From Veleropilina oligotropha (lineage: Eukaryota): 64,000 bases of DNA. Of this stretch, positions 1-13,000 are shown one piece after another. Location of the stretch: positions 62,001 to 126,000 of the forward strand of contig JBEUKZ010000016.1 of assembly GCA_048128005.1 (NCBI GenBank). Reading direction: 5' to 3'. The notes beneath the pieces were generated by a model. The model made no database searches and was not told the origin of the DNA. It was given only the letters and a program-made list of their open reading frames with translations. The position numbers were made by a program, and so were the translations under genes. The stretch's first letter is position 1; every line of letters begins with the position of its first letter.

Positions 1-317
1 AGTCAACTTTGAGGTTAATAACTTTCGCAGATAAGCCTGGCTGATGCAGAATAAATTGGCTGTAGGAAAAATAATAGTTTAGTGTCTACTAGAATTTTAG
101 TGTTGCTGGATACTCATGTATATATATGTTAGTTTAGTAAAATATTTAACCGTCATCAAAGCTTTGCGTTTTTTCAATAATAGTGGAACGGATTTGTGAG
201 AGTGAAGTTGTTGTTTCAATAATAGTGGAACGGAGTACCTGCTGCACAGAATCTTGAATGGCTATAATTACACAACCGAGTTAAGATCCAACTTCGTAAT
301 AGACACAATAATCGTGT

Positions 318-2050
318 CTGTGTTCTTCTGCGTATGGAACGTAACTTCCGTTGAAGAACGCTGTTGACGTGAACTTCTTTCTTCTTTCGTCGCTTGAACC
401 TTTTCCACCATATTTTCAGGCCAGTCTGATTCGTTTTCTTTCAAAAACTGCGGACCATTCCACCATATGGCGGACTGACACAGCTCTGATGCAGATATAC
501 CACGTGTCACAAGATCTGCAGGATTCCTCTTGGTAGGGACATATCGCCACTGTTCTGGATTCGTAAGTCTATGGATTTCTCCGATACGATTCGTTACGAA
601 TGGTTTGTATTGACGACTGCACCCTCGAATCCACCACAATACGTTCATACTGTCCGACCAAAAGACAGTGTCTTGCATCTTCTTCTCCATCACTCTTGCG
701 ATGACTTCTGCCAGTTTCAACCCCAGGATAGCCGCCATTAACTCCAGACGTGGAATGCTAACCGCTGTGAGGGGCGCAACACGTGTCTTTGAAGTGACTA
801 ATCGACAGGTAACCAAACCGCTTTGATATTCACACCTGATGTATGCTCCCGCCCCGTAGGCATCTTGGGAAGCATCAACAAACACGTGCAGACCTTCTGA
901 GATGACAATTTCTTCAGTCCTCAAACATCGAGGAATGTTGACTTGCTTCAACTGGGTTAGCTATGAGAACCATTTCCAAGCCCTGGCTGCTAAGTCTGGA
1001 AGTTGCTCATCCCACTGTATTCCAGCCATCCACGTCGTCTGAAGTAAGATCTTAGCCCGGACGCAAAACGGACCTAAGAATCCCAACGGATCAAACATGG
1101 TTGCTATCTTTCGTAGGAAGCTCCGTTTTGTCAGGTGAAATCCTTCATCTGGCGGGTTGATGTTAAAGGTGAACGTATTTTCACCAGCCTTCCACAATAC
1201 TCCAAGAGTCTTCATTGCTGGTAGGCTTTCTTTGTCCAAGTCTATTTCCACGACCCGATCCTCTTCTGGAATTCTTTCCAGAACTGCAGTTGAATTGGAA
1301 AGCCACTTCCGAGCGTGCATGCCAGCGCTTTCCCACAGATCGGAAAGTTGTTCGTACAACTCTATTCCCTCTTTTTCATCCTCCACAGAATCCATACTAT
1401 CGTCCATATACGTTGACTTCAAGATTACTTCGGCTGCTCGAGGGCTTCTCTCTTTATTCTTCTCAGCATGCTTCTGAGCCACGAATTGAGCTTGAAATGG
1501 AGAGGAGTTGACACCAAATACGACTCTATTAAATTCGTATATCGTAGGAACTGCATCCTTGTCCATGTCTCTCCAAAGAAACCTGTGGTAACGTCTTTCT
1601 TTTGGTGCTATTTCGATTCGCAAGTACATTTCTGCAATGTCGCACATCAAAGCAATGGGATATCTTCTGAATCGAATCAAGACATCTATTAAGTCGCGTT
1701 GCAGCTTTGGTCCTTGCAGAAAATCATCATTCAAGGAAACATCTCCATACTTTGCAGAAGCGTCGAAAACTATTCGAACTTTTGTTGTTGCTTTATCCAT
1801 TATAATGACTGGGAAGCGTGGCAAATACCACCCGTCGTTGTCTTGGAAATCTTGTTCAACTCTTCTTATGTATCCCTTCTCTTCATATGATCTGATGATC
1901 TCGGAATACTTCTCTGCAACATCCCGTTCTTTCATCAATCTTTTCTCTGTGTTGCCCAGACGCGAAGCGCCATTCCGTAATTGTTTGGCAAGTCTGGTGC
2001 ATCATCCTTCCATGGAGTTGCGACTTGATAACGGCCGTTCTGATAGGTAT
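318..2050 (-). pseudogene. BEL/Pao pol fragment (RT and RNase H), frameshifted
   Basis: ORFs 961-1938 (KVRIVFDAS, DIAEMY, VFGVNSSPF, YMDD, FDPLG) and 268-951 (LHVFVDAS, SIPRLEL, WRYVPTKRNPADLVTRG); GRYQVATPWK upstream; frame breaks near 955 and 1965. Confidence 0.9.
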
Positions 2051-2558
2051 TCGACTTAATTTAACTAGCTATTAATATTGGTCATGGAAAAGTATTTTCA
2101 TTGTATACCTTAAGCTTTTATCATTATTTCTGATTCTTAATTAGTGTTACTTATTTTGTTCGAGTAAGCCGTAAGGCATTTATAGTATTACAGTAATATT
2201 TTATTATATAGTATATAATTATATCATATTATATAAATTGAATGAATAGGAGGTCATATTATTAATATAATTCGTATTATAGGTGTTATAAAATCGTATT
2301 AGCCAATTATGACGCAATTAGCCAAATCTTATTTAACTTTCGTATAGTTTACTATTTTAAATGGTGATTATTGCTTTGGTTCAATTGTTGACATGCCTGT
2401 GGCATATCAAGGAACAGGAGAATGGATAAAAGGGAAATAGCATTGCTCTTTTAATTGTCAGACAGTGTGTGTGTGGCCGGTTTCCATTCCAGTGAAACAA
2501 ATTTGTAACTTGATGCAGTCTTGTCCATTGGCGGATGTCCTCTTGTCAACTTTGTAAA

Positions 2559-2882
2559 AGTCAACTTTGAGGTTAATAACTTTCGCAGATAAGCCTGGCT
2601 GATGCAGAATAAATTGGCTGTAGGAAAAATAATAGTTTAGTGTCTACTAGAATTTTAGTGTTGCTGGATACTCATGTATATATATGTTAGTTTAGTAAAA
2701 TATTTAACCGTCATCAAAGCTTTGCGTTTTTTCAATAATAGTGGAACGGATTTGTGAGAGTGAAGTTGTTGTTTCAATAATAGTGGAACGGAGTACCTGC
2801 TGCACAGAATCTTGAATGGCTATAATTACACAACCGAGTTAAGATCCAACTTCGTAATAGGACACAATAATCGTGTGTCCCA
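2559..2882 (-). repeat. LTR copy (part shared with 1-317)
   Basis: Direct repeat of 1-317; includes an internal duplication of tttcaataatagtggaacgga. Confidence 0.8.
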
Positions 2883-3149
2883 ATAGAGAACTTTATTGGT
2901 CTCAAGACTAATACATACATACAAAGTAACATAAATTAGTTTACTATTATTTTAAATCTATATTTTCAATCCGATTACCGTCCATTTTCTTAATTCAGTT
3001 CTGGTTCTGTTCTGTAGTTCTGACTGAAAATGATAACCAGAAACAGTGATCCGAGGACCAGAATGCCATCCAATAAAATGTAAAAACCGTAGTTCCATTA
3101 GTTCTAGAATCAGGAACGTGCGAGTCGAATAGGCCCACGCGTAATCAGC

Positions 3150-3420
3150 ATATATGGGACGCGTTGTATATCGACAGCGGTTACGTAATGAAAAGATCGG
3201 CAATCGCCGCTCTCAGCAGTTGGCTGGAAAGACTACCAAATAATTTATATAAAACTATTTTTTGTAAATCATTTGATTAGTTCTATATAAACCATTTGAC
3301 TAATTTTATATGAATCATTTTGCTGCATTTTCGTTGCCAACTGCTGAGATCGACGACTATTGACGATCTTTTGATTACGTAACCGCTGTCCAGCGCTGTC
3401 GATTTACAACGCGCCCATGC
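3150..3420. mobile_element. Small MITE-like inverted repeat
   Basis: gcgttgtatatcgacagcggttacgtaatgaaaagatcg...ctcagcagttggc pairs with gccaactgctgag...cgatcttttgattacgtaaccgctgtc...tacaacgc. Confidence 0.6.
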
Positions 3421-4273
3421 ATTATAGTATACAACTGGAACAGAAGCACAGTTAGCCATAGTACTTTTAAAGCAATCAGGTTTGTAGCGGCTGGTGAATC
3501 AGCAACACCGAACACTCTCTGCGACACCGCGGCAGATCTCTTGAAATATATTACAAGCAGTTCCAGATTTATTTATCGCAGAGACTTAAATTGTAAGGTA
3601 CGGTTGAATTGGTGATACTGTACGAATATGCTGTTCTTTGTCTTGAACACCGGTAACAATATAACAATAACGTGGTTTTGGGAGGCGTTGTGCTGTTTTA
3701 TTGCCCGACATGAAATTATTATCAGCCGACTGTCTTGACTGGAAAAGGAAAGAATCGATGCTTATGATCCTGTATATTTCCAACCATCGTTTGGTTTAAA
3801 GCAGGACATGTCCATATTATCGATGTAACAAATGAGCATATTTTGCTCAAGGGCGATTACCGATGACAGAGGAAAGGGGCGGGGGTGTCTTACTCCGTGA
3901 CAGGGGAGTCGTGGTATCGTGATAGATCTTCTTGGAAGGGGCGTCCTTTTATAACCTCTCTGACGAGATGGTGCACATTGCCCTGCTTTAAACAATAGAA
4001 AATTAGATATTGTGTGTATTTATTTCGTGATAATACAACAGATAACATACAAACATATTTTTAAATATTTGGTCGCCCTGTAATTACAGAATATGTCATC
4101 AAATAATATATTCTGTTATCTAGCTGATTATTAAGTTATTTAGAATTTAGTAGCATAAGAATTAAATAATCTTAAGCTACAATTAACTAGTTGCAAATAA
4201 TGATCGGTATGATAATTGCAAAATATATGTTTTTGCAGTAGGACTATAACGAATATGTTATATTGTGGTGTAG

Positions 4274-4278
4274 AAAAA
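4274..4278 (-). terminator. Pol III oligo-T terminator of tRNA-Ser
   Basis: TTTTT on - strand 7 nt downstream of the tRNA 3' end. Confidence 0.7.
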
Positions 4279-4284
4279 CTTTGT

Positions 4285-4366
4285 CGCTGTGAGCAGGGTT
4301 CGAACCTGCGCGGGAACTTCCCATTGGATTTCAAGTCCAACGCCTTAACCACTCGGCCATCACAGC
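4285..4366 (-). tRNA. tRNA-Ser (anticodon TGA)
   Basis: Reverse complement GCTGTGATGGCCGAGTGGTTAAGGCGTTGGAC-T-TGA-AATCCAATGGGAAGTTCCCGCGCAGGTTCGAACCCTGCTCACAGCG: 82 nt, paired acceptor stem, long variable arm, A/B boxes. Confidence 0.96.
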
Positions 4367-7300
4367 TTACATATTTTTGTATCAATAATGATAAATATTT
4401 CTATAAAGCTTAGGAAGGCAACAGCTGGTCGAATTCTGAATTAAGAACCACGTGCCTATTCGATTCGCACATTACTGGTTCTAGAACTAATGGAACAACA
4501 GTTTTGTCATTTTATTGTACGGCGTTTTGGTCCTCGGACCACTTTTCTGGTTCTCATTTTCAGTCAGAACTACAGGACAGAACCAGAACTGAACTAAGAT
4601 AAGTATAGGTTAGATGGCGGATTGGAGAGTCTTAGCAAAATAGGAGTCGAGCCCGTAGGGCGAGACTACTTTTTGATAAGAGTCTACAAGCTGCCGTCTA
4701 ACCGACTTAGAAGCTAATTTCATTTCTCCACACAAATTATTTATAATTATCTAATTTGTTAAACTATTTATGTTATCGAAACACATATTTATTACAAAAT
4801 AATTAGCTTTTTTACCAATATATCAAGAAGATCCATATTAACATTACAACCTGTCACCCCTATTCTTAATAATGGGTAAGGCATCGCAAACAATAGACCT
4901 GCAAAGTGCCGTCTTCAGCAATAATTGACGAGAAATACTGCTCTCTCATTGGCCGAGAAATGAAATTGGCTTCTAATGAAGGATAATCGGTTTGACAATA
5001 TTTAAAAAGAGTTAAAAAAAATAGATGAACTAATTTGTTACTTTGTATGTGTATGTAGTCCAGTATATGCATATAATGAAATAATGTATTATAAAATATT
5101 TAAATATATGCATGTAATTATTTATGTATAAATATAACAATATAATAAAAAATATATTAGAAAACATATCGTACAAGATGATATCCTACGTAGGCTACGT
5201 ATTTTAAATTTAACTTTTGTTCATTAATTTAACAAATTAACTTTCTTATTTTGATATCATAAAGGATACTTCATTTTTCAAATTTACTGTCTTTGAAATT
5301 ATTTTTAGCAAAGTCAAGTGTTGTATGAACAGAGTCAATGCTTTTATAGATCTTATATCGATGTTGATCGCAACACGAGTTCCTGGTTAATCACGAAATA
5401 CGGACGGTCATTGTTTGGAGATATGCCGCATTGCGCGTTCTGTTTGACCCATCAGTACGATATCACAAGTGTTGACTACTTATTTTCTTAATTAATCATT
5501 ATCTAACAATAAAATATCTCGCCTTTCACCTATATCAGAATAAAATTAAAATAAACAGCATTTGGTCAACGTAGGCCTACTTATTAAACATACATGTATG
5601 CACAATTAAGGCCGTCGCCCGGAATTTGAAATCGATTTGAAGAGAGGGGGGGGGGGGTCGAAATATACTTTGAATGTAGTATCAACGATCTCGCCCTCTC
5701 CCCACAAGGGTGTAAATTTTGACAATTAATGGGATTCACACCCCTTTCCTGCATACTGAGAGTGCAAAAGCGGTGTATTTTTCTAACATTTACGAACCAC
5801 GTTCACCACTTTTATGAGTAAAAGGGCGAAATTTGAAATATATTATTTAAATATGTTTATGAACACTTTATTTCCTGTCAAGGGGGGGGGGGCGTTCGCA
5901 CCCAGACCCCCCTTCCCCGGCTGCGCCCATTATTGTACATTGCCGCGACAGTTCTTGAGACATTTGACGATCCACTTTCATCGTCTAGAATTTCGTCTAA
6001 AGCACTAAGCACAATAATTTGTTTATTCAATGCCATGGCGATTAATTAATAAATCAGAACTGTCACATTTGTTTAGCACACCGGTTCCACACCGGGTCAT
6101 TCCATTACAATAGCGGTTCTCGGAACTGAATCCATTGTGCATCTCTTGTTTCCAGTTTCAGAACCGTGCAAATCGAATAGGCCCGTGAACTCGTGGCGTA
6201 TTTATTTGATTGATTGACCAATGAGACGTCAAATATGACATACATCTATATAGCAAACGAATGTGTTGGGTGAGCAGATCTTTTGGTGTTCACATCATTC
6301 AGTGTGCATGTTAACACCTCCAGGGTCATTAATATAAGGACTTGTCCATATTATCAAGGGAAGAAGCCAGGCTAGGCTACCACCCAGGTAAATTCGCACT
6401 GAATGGATAACTCTGACTGCAAATGGAATAAAGAGCTCTGCCGATGATGCGAACCCATTCATATTAATCAGTGTTGTTAGGCGAGTACATTATGAGCCAC
6501 GCTTTTATCAAATATAGCACTTGTCCGACACAAATAGTCTTAGAATTTAGAATCGACTATATAATTCAGCGAGAATGCTGTAAAGACATGAACTCTCAAA
6601 TAAATTCCGAGCTTCTAGCATACCCCGCATTTGTGCAGGAAAATATGTCTCAACGACACGCTTTTGAGAAATGTCCCAAAATTATGGATTAGTCTCTCAC
6701 TTTTAATTATAATATATTTCGACGACATCATACAATTAAAACGGCCACTGAACACCAACTTCACCACATTGTAATGTAGATATTTTTAGTAGATAGCCTA
6801 TCTTCGTAAAGCGCCTAATACATAATGAATAGTGAGCTGTTTAAAGTTATTCAATTTATAGTCTTATTGAGACCCACGGCAGTTCACGTCACCGAACGAT
6901 GCTGTTGGATTTACAATAGCAACATCGTATGGTAACAAAGTTAACAGTAGCGATTTGGCAAAGGTCCCTCAACTGCATCTGATATTGGACCATTTAATAA
7001 AGATCTAGTCATGGCAAATATATATCCATTAGTGGTATCTGACAAAACTTTAGATATTCTGGCACCTTTCGGTATATGCAAACTTCAAGTGTAGCATTCA
7101 CTTATGAAGTGGCCTTCGTAACCTGCTTATATTAATACAAACACGTGAAGATGTTTCTTAATGAATTCAATGTGTAAACTTTTACCAGATATGCATAATA
7201 GTTTACATTCATGTAGTGAGAGTGCGTCAATGAGCCGTTCTCTTCCAGATGATGTTAGGGTATATCTGTATAGTTCCAGAGATCTGCCTACTTACTACAG

Positions 7301-9924
7301 GTACTAAAGATAGCCAATACACCGAGCGATCAGATTTCAAAACATTGCATCTAGCATCAAGCAGCTGATTCAGAGAGAGGATATCAGAGTTATTTTAGAA
7401 AGCCAAGTAAATGCGTCATTGAGGAGAACTAAATTAAATCCAGGTATGTACTCTAACATCTAAATTCATATACTCATGTAGATATATACACGATAATTTC
7501 GTATAATCGATATTATATGTATTTGCTTTGACATTTGCCATACACAAGATACAGGCGAGGGTTATTACGCACTACTCATTTTTTACTAATGCATCCACTT
7601 TCTTTGTCTTCGATCATGACTCATGCAGTTGTTAGATTTCGTTGTATAGTTGGTCAGATATAATATACGATAACTGAACAATGTTCTCATGATGATACCT
7701 ATTGTTCTTGAATTTATCTGGCCTGGTCCTAAAAATAACTGGTTGGAGATATTTTCTTTGGAAATAAAAAGTGTAAAAATGAATGTATTTTGGCTATAAA
7801 AAGTATTAATTATTAAAATCGCCTCTTTAATTATTGTCAAATTATTTATAAACTTATCAATCCTGACTTCATGTCAAGACTGCAGTTGCAGCGTGTCATT
7901 TATTAAAAGAGAAAATGCCTGTATCTGCCAAGTTTTTGATATGCTAATCGTGAGTCAAGTTTATGAGTAGGGTCACAATCTTTTCAAGCGCAATTTTCTA
8001 TAAAAAAATTATGTATTAGAGAGCCATTTATGAATGTTTCATTTATGATATATAAAAGATAGTGCAAATCAGGAGGCAGGAGTTCACTTTACGTCAATAC
8101 ATAATTATTTTTAAAGTATATATATTGGAAAATTCGATTATAATATACGCAGTTACTTTTTAAACATCCATGTGCCCTCTTGTTGACCCCTATAGTTATC
8201 TGACAGTTTTGATAAGGCGAGATAACAAATTACCTTTCAAAGGGTAAAGCTGGTATATCGCTGATTGATTGCAATTGGCAGATGGTAACGAAGAGCCCCG
8301 AGGGAACATATCTGGTTCAGAGATGTATGCGAACTTTGGAAAGAATTCAAAATAGAAAATGCAAATGAAAATGACATTTTGAAAATATAAATTGCGTCAA
8401 CAATATTTCATCTAACATGGCTGAAACAGCAAATGCGACGTTATGGCTTTTACGAACATGCGTACGTTTATCTTGCTATTTTTAGCCCAGATTACTGCAA
8501 TTGTTGTGTTTACCTCGCGTTAACACAGAGATTTTAAAAGATACATGTTGAACGAATTCATGTGCTCTTTAGAGCGGTGAATATAAGAACATTACCATAG
8601 CCACCTTAGCTGAATAACACCGCATTCGAATGAAAGGAGAGTATACTGGTACTAAATGGTCATTACTATTACGCGAACTTTTAAAAAGAGAAATTTAGCA
8701 GTGAAACAACAAAGTCAAAATTCACTTATATCTTAATTATTATTTCATAAATCTTTTATATATACTTAATTGATATACTTCATTTTAATCATGCGTTCAA
8801 AATAATGATATTGTCGTCATTCTTCTGCCAAGTTTTGTTTAATAATTGCGTTAATTACGGAATTTCATATTTTCAAAATGCAAATCAAAAACGAATAATG
8901 CTGACAAGCTGGACGTTTTAAATTTATTGCACACTTTTTGCAATTGGGCACTAGAACAAGCTATTCTATAGTTAATTTGATCGTAAGATATACCGCACGA
9001 TATACCGATCGCAATTAACCCATCAACAAAAGCAACAAGACCCTCTAGCCGTAGATTGCGGCATATCTACGTCATGTGGCAGACGATATGTGTATATCTT
9101 GTTGTGAGACATAACAGCTTAGATCTTGAATCAAAAATAGTTTTATAGTCGCAGGTTGGATTCAACCGCGATGCACTGGTTCATAGATAAGCTGACCGTA
9201 ACGGATATGTCTAGTTAGTTACCCGAGACACCTTGGTATTTATATAAGATGTGTGCGGAGTGGAATGGAAAAGCTTCCATTGATTGGAATGGATATAACC
9301 GTACATGAACGTCAGTGCAAAAACAGTCGGTTAAAAGAATTGTAATTAATAATTATAACTGAATCGAAAGTTGTCTTTACTGCACATTCCAGTCAAATAT
9401 ATGTGGTGTACAGTTTGAACAACTGTCCGAGTTGGATCTAGTTGACTTGGCTGAAATTCAATCAGCGCCGATGCAGAATATGCTTATTCACAAGTCTGAC
9501 GTCACAGGTAGACAGCAGACCTACAGCGAAATTCAATACAACATCACGCCACTGTGCGATAATATGTCACATATCAAGAACAACGAGTCACGTGACAACA
9601 CATCTGTCGCCATTATTTATATTTGCATAGATTTTGGAACTGTCACCTAGAGATCCTCTGTATGTATGTATACGTAATATAAATCACGGGGTAACTAATA
9701 TCAGAAGATGCAAACATATGATGCCATGATTATCAGCCAGAACTTATTACCTGTTCACAATTCATATAAGGCTTTAGTAATTATTGTTTAACTGTAACAT
9801 GAAAGAAATAATCTTCACCAACAACTGCTATATATGGGTGTGTTAATGGTGTTTCTTTAAAATAATACATAATATATATCGTTTTACGTAGGTGAACACA
9901 CATTAGCAGGGACTCGTGACGGCT

Positions 9925-10000
9925 ATGAACAGGCAGAGATCAAGCAGCTGGAATCGTAGTTTATCAGAAGAAACAGTAATCCCTCTGGAAACTCTTCCAG
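9925..10000 (+). CDS. Kelch-like coding exon 1
   Basis: ATG, MNRQRSSSWNRSLSEETVIPLETLP, then G|GTAACG; phase 1 fits the next exon; acceptor at 9890-9891 implies an upstream UTR exon. Confidence 0.75.
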
Positions 10001-13000
10001 GTAACGTCTGTAGCTCTACCTGGTCTTCGATGCATTGATGAATCTGATATATTATGAAACTGATTGGTTCTTTAAATTTGAAATACAGTAAAAATTTGTT
10101 TACTTTCAAATTACGCAAATACAAACGGTAATCATATGATGAAATAAACAGTTGATTTCAACGCCTTAATTGAAATTAAATGAATTTATACTAGAAACCG
10201 TCAAGTTGTCTATGTGGTATATATTTATTTCTTATATTATTATTTTTGATTACAGGTCTTTTTCGTCGAAAGGATAGCGATGGAATCAGTGAGTATTACT
10301 TCACAGAAATATCGCACGCACAGGGACTGCTTCATGGGTTAAACCAGCAGAGGAGCTCCAACACTCTATGTGACGTCATCATCTGCGTTGACGACAACTC
10401 GTTCCCGTGTCACAGGAATGTGCTCGCCGCATGCAGTCCTTACTTCCTGACAATGTTCACAGGTGGAGAAAAATATTTAAAATTGTTTGGACGAACTATG
10501 ATATATTTATTTCATGAAGTTTTCAGTGAGAATTAAAGCTCACTTTGCTTGTAAAAGCCGTCAAAAAGCTCACGGTTTTCCATTAAAGATATTTTTTTCG
10601 ATCCACATAAAATAACATTTCTAATCTAGTGCTCTTGTATGGTTGGAAAGCAAGTTCGTGCAGCAATAATTCCTTTGGTATTATATAATTATATTCGAAA
10701 ATAAGAAATTGCTTTTCGTTATAAATTTAAAAAAATACTTTTCAGCTGACATGAAAGAGAGCAACGACAAAGAAATTAAAATCAACGGAGTCTCCGCAAA
10801 AATCATGAAACAGTTGATAGACTTTGCCTACAGTTCCAACATTACTATCACGCAAGAGAATGCCCAACAATTGTTGTCCGCAGCAAATCTCGTCCAAATA
10901 ACGTCCATTATCCAAGCATGTTGCAACTTCCTAGAAGGAGAAATGGATCCAAGCAATTGTCTGGGAATACATTGCTTCGCGGAGGCGCATGTTTGTGAGG
11001 AACTAAGTGAAAAAGCCAGAAAATTTGTAATCGAACATTTTACAGAGGTTGCTAAACAGGATGAAATTTTGTTGCTGCCACAAGAAAAATTAACTGAGTT
11101 TATAAACCGAGATGAATTGTACGTCGAGTCGGAAGAAGTGGTATTTGAGGCCATTTTAAAATGGGTAAAGCACGATCCGAAGCATCGAGTTCCACAGCTG
11201 GCCGTTGTACTACAGTTTGTTCGTCTTCCCTTGATGGATGCGTACTTCCTATTTGACAAAATGGACACAGAGCCTCTTCTTCTTGCCCCAGAGTGTCGAC
11301 CGTTACTTGACGAGGCAATGAAATATCATATACTGAAGGTAATATCATCTGTGGAAACCATTTGGACAGTGAGCATACACTTTTTTTCAACTGGTATGGT
11401 GTAATGAACGAGTATTGTTCCCTTATCATTGAGTAAGCACGTATTCTCAAGTTTTGCAGAGATAATCGGGGCTGACGTGTCCCCAGGTGTTCAGATTTTC
11501 CTTCACGTCTTAATACGACAATATAATAGTGTTAGTACTCGCCCTCACTCTCTTCCTCTCCCCTCTCTGTCCGCGCCAAATGTGGTGAATGCTCTTCAAT
11601 CAGTTTAACCGTGCATAAAGGAATGATAATCGACTACTTGCCCGGATACCTCCTTGCAATACCTAACATAGATCGTTATGTCGTATTACAAAATCTAAAC
11701 TTGACACCAATAGATGAATAATTATTAGACTAGCGGATTTATGTGCTAATCACGTAATATTTCCCTTTTCAACAGGATCGTCGTTTTGAAATGGTATCGC
11801 CTCGAACCAAACCCAGACGATGTATGACTGACGAAATCATAGTCTACATCACTGGAGGGGAGATATATAACAAGAACTATTTGAATTGCGTGGAAGGGTT
11901 CAACTTTCATAATGAAAAGTGGTTAAAATACAAAGATCTGCCGTTTTCTCGTTGCCATCATAATGCGGTCCTCTCGGAAGATATGCATATCTATATTGCA
12001 GGTAATATAAGATTAACTACCGGAATCCACACTTAATTATGCGTTATTCAAATTAGACATTGTATACCGTTACTTAGACTGTTTCTTTTACAATATGTGC
12101 GAAGAAGACTTTTGCACGCCTTAAACGCATACAGTATTATTTGCCTATTTTTTTTGCCCCAATAATTGCGAGGCTTTCAGTCGTTTTTATTATTCCAGTG
12201 CGAAATTTACCGAACGTCTTTGAAATTAGTAATGTAAGATAACGCCGATCAAATATAGAGGACGATTAACTTTTTGTCTGATTCAGGAGGATACAACAAA
12301 GAACGAATAGTGGTGAACAACGTGATGCGATACGAGCGCCATCTGGATAAATGGATAAAGGTTGCACCAATGAATACACCGCGAGCAAAGTTTGGTAAGG
12401 TTTCAGTAAAGTCCGTTCAAACGATGCTCATCTCTTACCTTGCGCCATGTGTTAATCAATTTTATAGTGAAAACATATGTAAGCTATGACTTCCTTATGT
12501 TAAGATAATTAATTATATGCGGTGGATGCGCCATTATACGTGATAGATACGCCATTATACGCGGTGTTTATGTCATTATATGCCGTGGTTATGCCATTAT
12601 ATGCAGTGGTTATGTCATTATATGCAGTGGTTATGCCATTATATGCAGTGGTTATGTCATTATATTATGCAGTGGCTATGCCATTATATGCAGTAGATAC
12701 GTCATTATATGCAGTGGTTATGTCATTTTATACAGTAGTTATGTCATTATATGCGGTATATACGCCATTATACGCGGTAGATACGCCATTATACGCGGTG
12801 GTTATGCCATTATATGCAGTGGTTATGCAATTATATGCAGCGGTTATGTCATTATATGCAGTGGTTATGCTATTATATGCAGTAGTTTTTGTTATGTCAT
12901 TATATGCAGTAGATACGCCATTATTCGCGGTGGTTATGTCATTATATATACTGCATATAATGACATAACTACAGCATATAATGACATAACCACTGCATAT

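Larger units (their letters stand above)
1..2882 (-). mobile_element. Internally deleted BEL/Pao LTR retrotransposon (RT + RNase H only, between two LTR copies); left LTR runs off the window
   Basis: 1-317 repeats at 2559-2876 with one 1-bp indel; the right copy ends ...GTCCCA at 2882 (TG start on - strand). The internal sequence encodes BEL-type pol motifs. Confidence 0.85.

Noticed and set aside
30..70. Hammerhead-like ctgatg..gaaa in the LTR
   Set aside because: The core reads CTGATGC, not CTGATGA, and the required stems are absent; other ctgatga hits lie in coding remnants.
1157..2059. + strand ORFs over the BEL pol (and + strand ORFs over DIRS, - strand ORFs over kelch exon 3)
   Set aside because: Antisense shadows of real coding sequence with no recognisable motifs.
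2858..2886. Helitron 3' hairpin (ggacaca..tgtgtcc)
   Set aside because: No CTRR end; better explained as the TG start of the BEL LTR on the - strand.
6300..7443. Candidate kelch 5' UTR exons (donors cag|gtaaat ~6388, cag|gtatgt 7443)
   Set aside because: Plausible donors, but they cannot be tied to the gene without transcript data.
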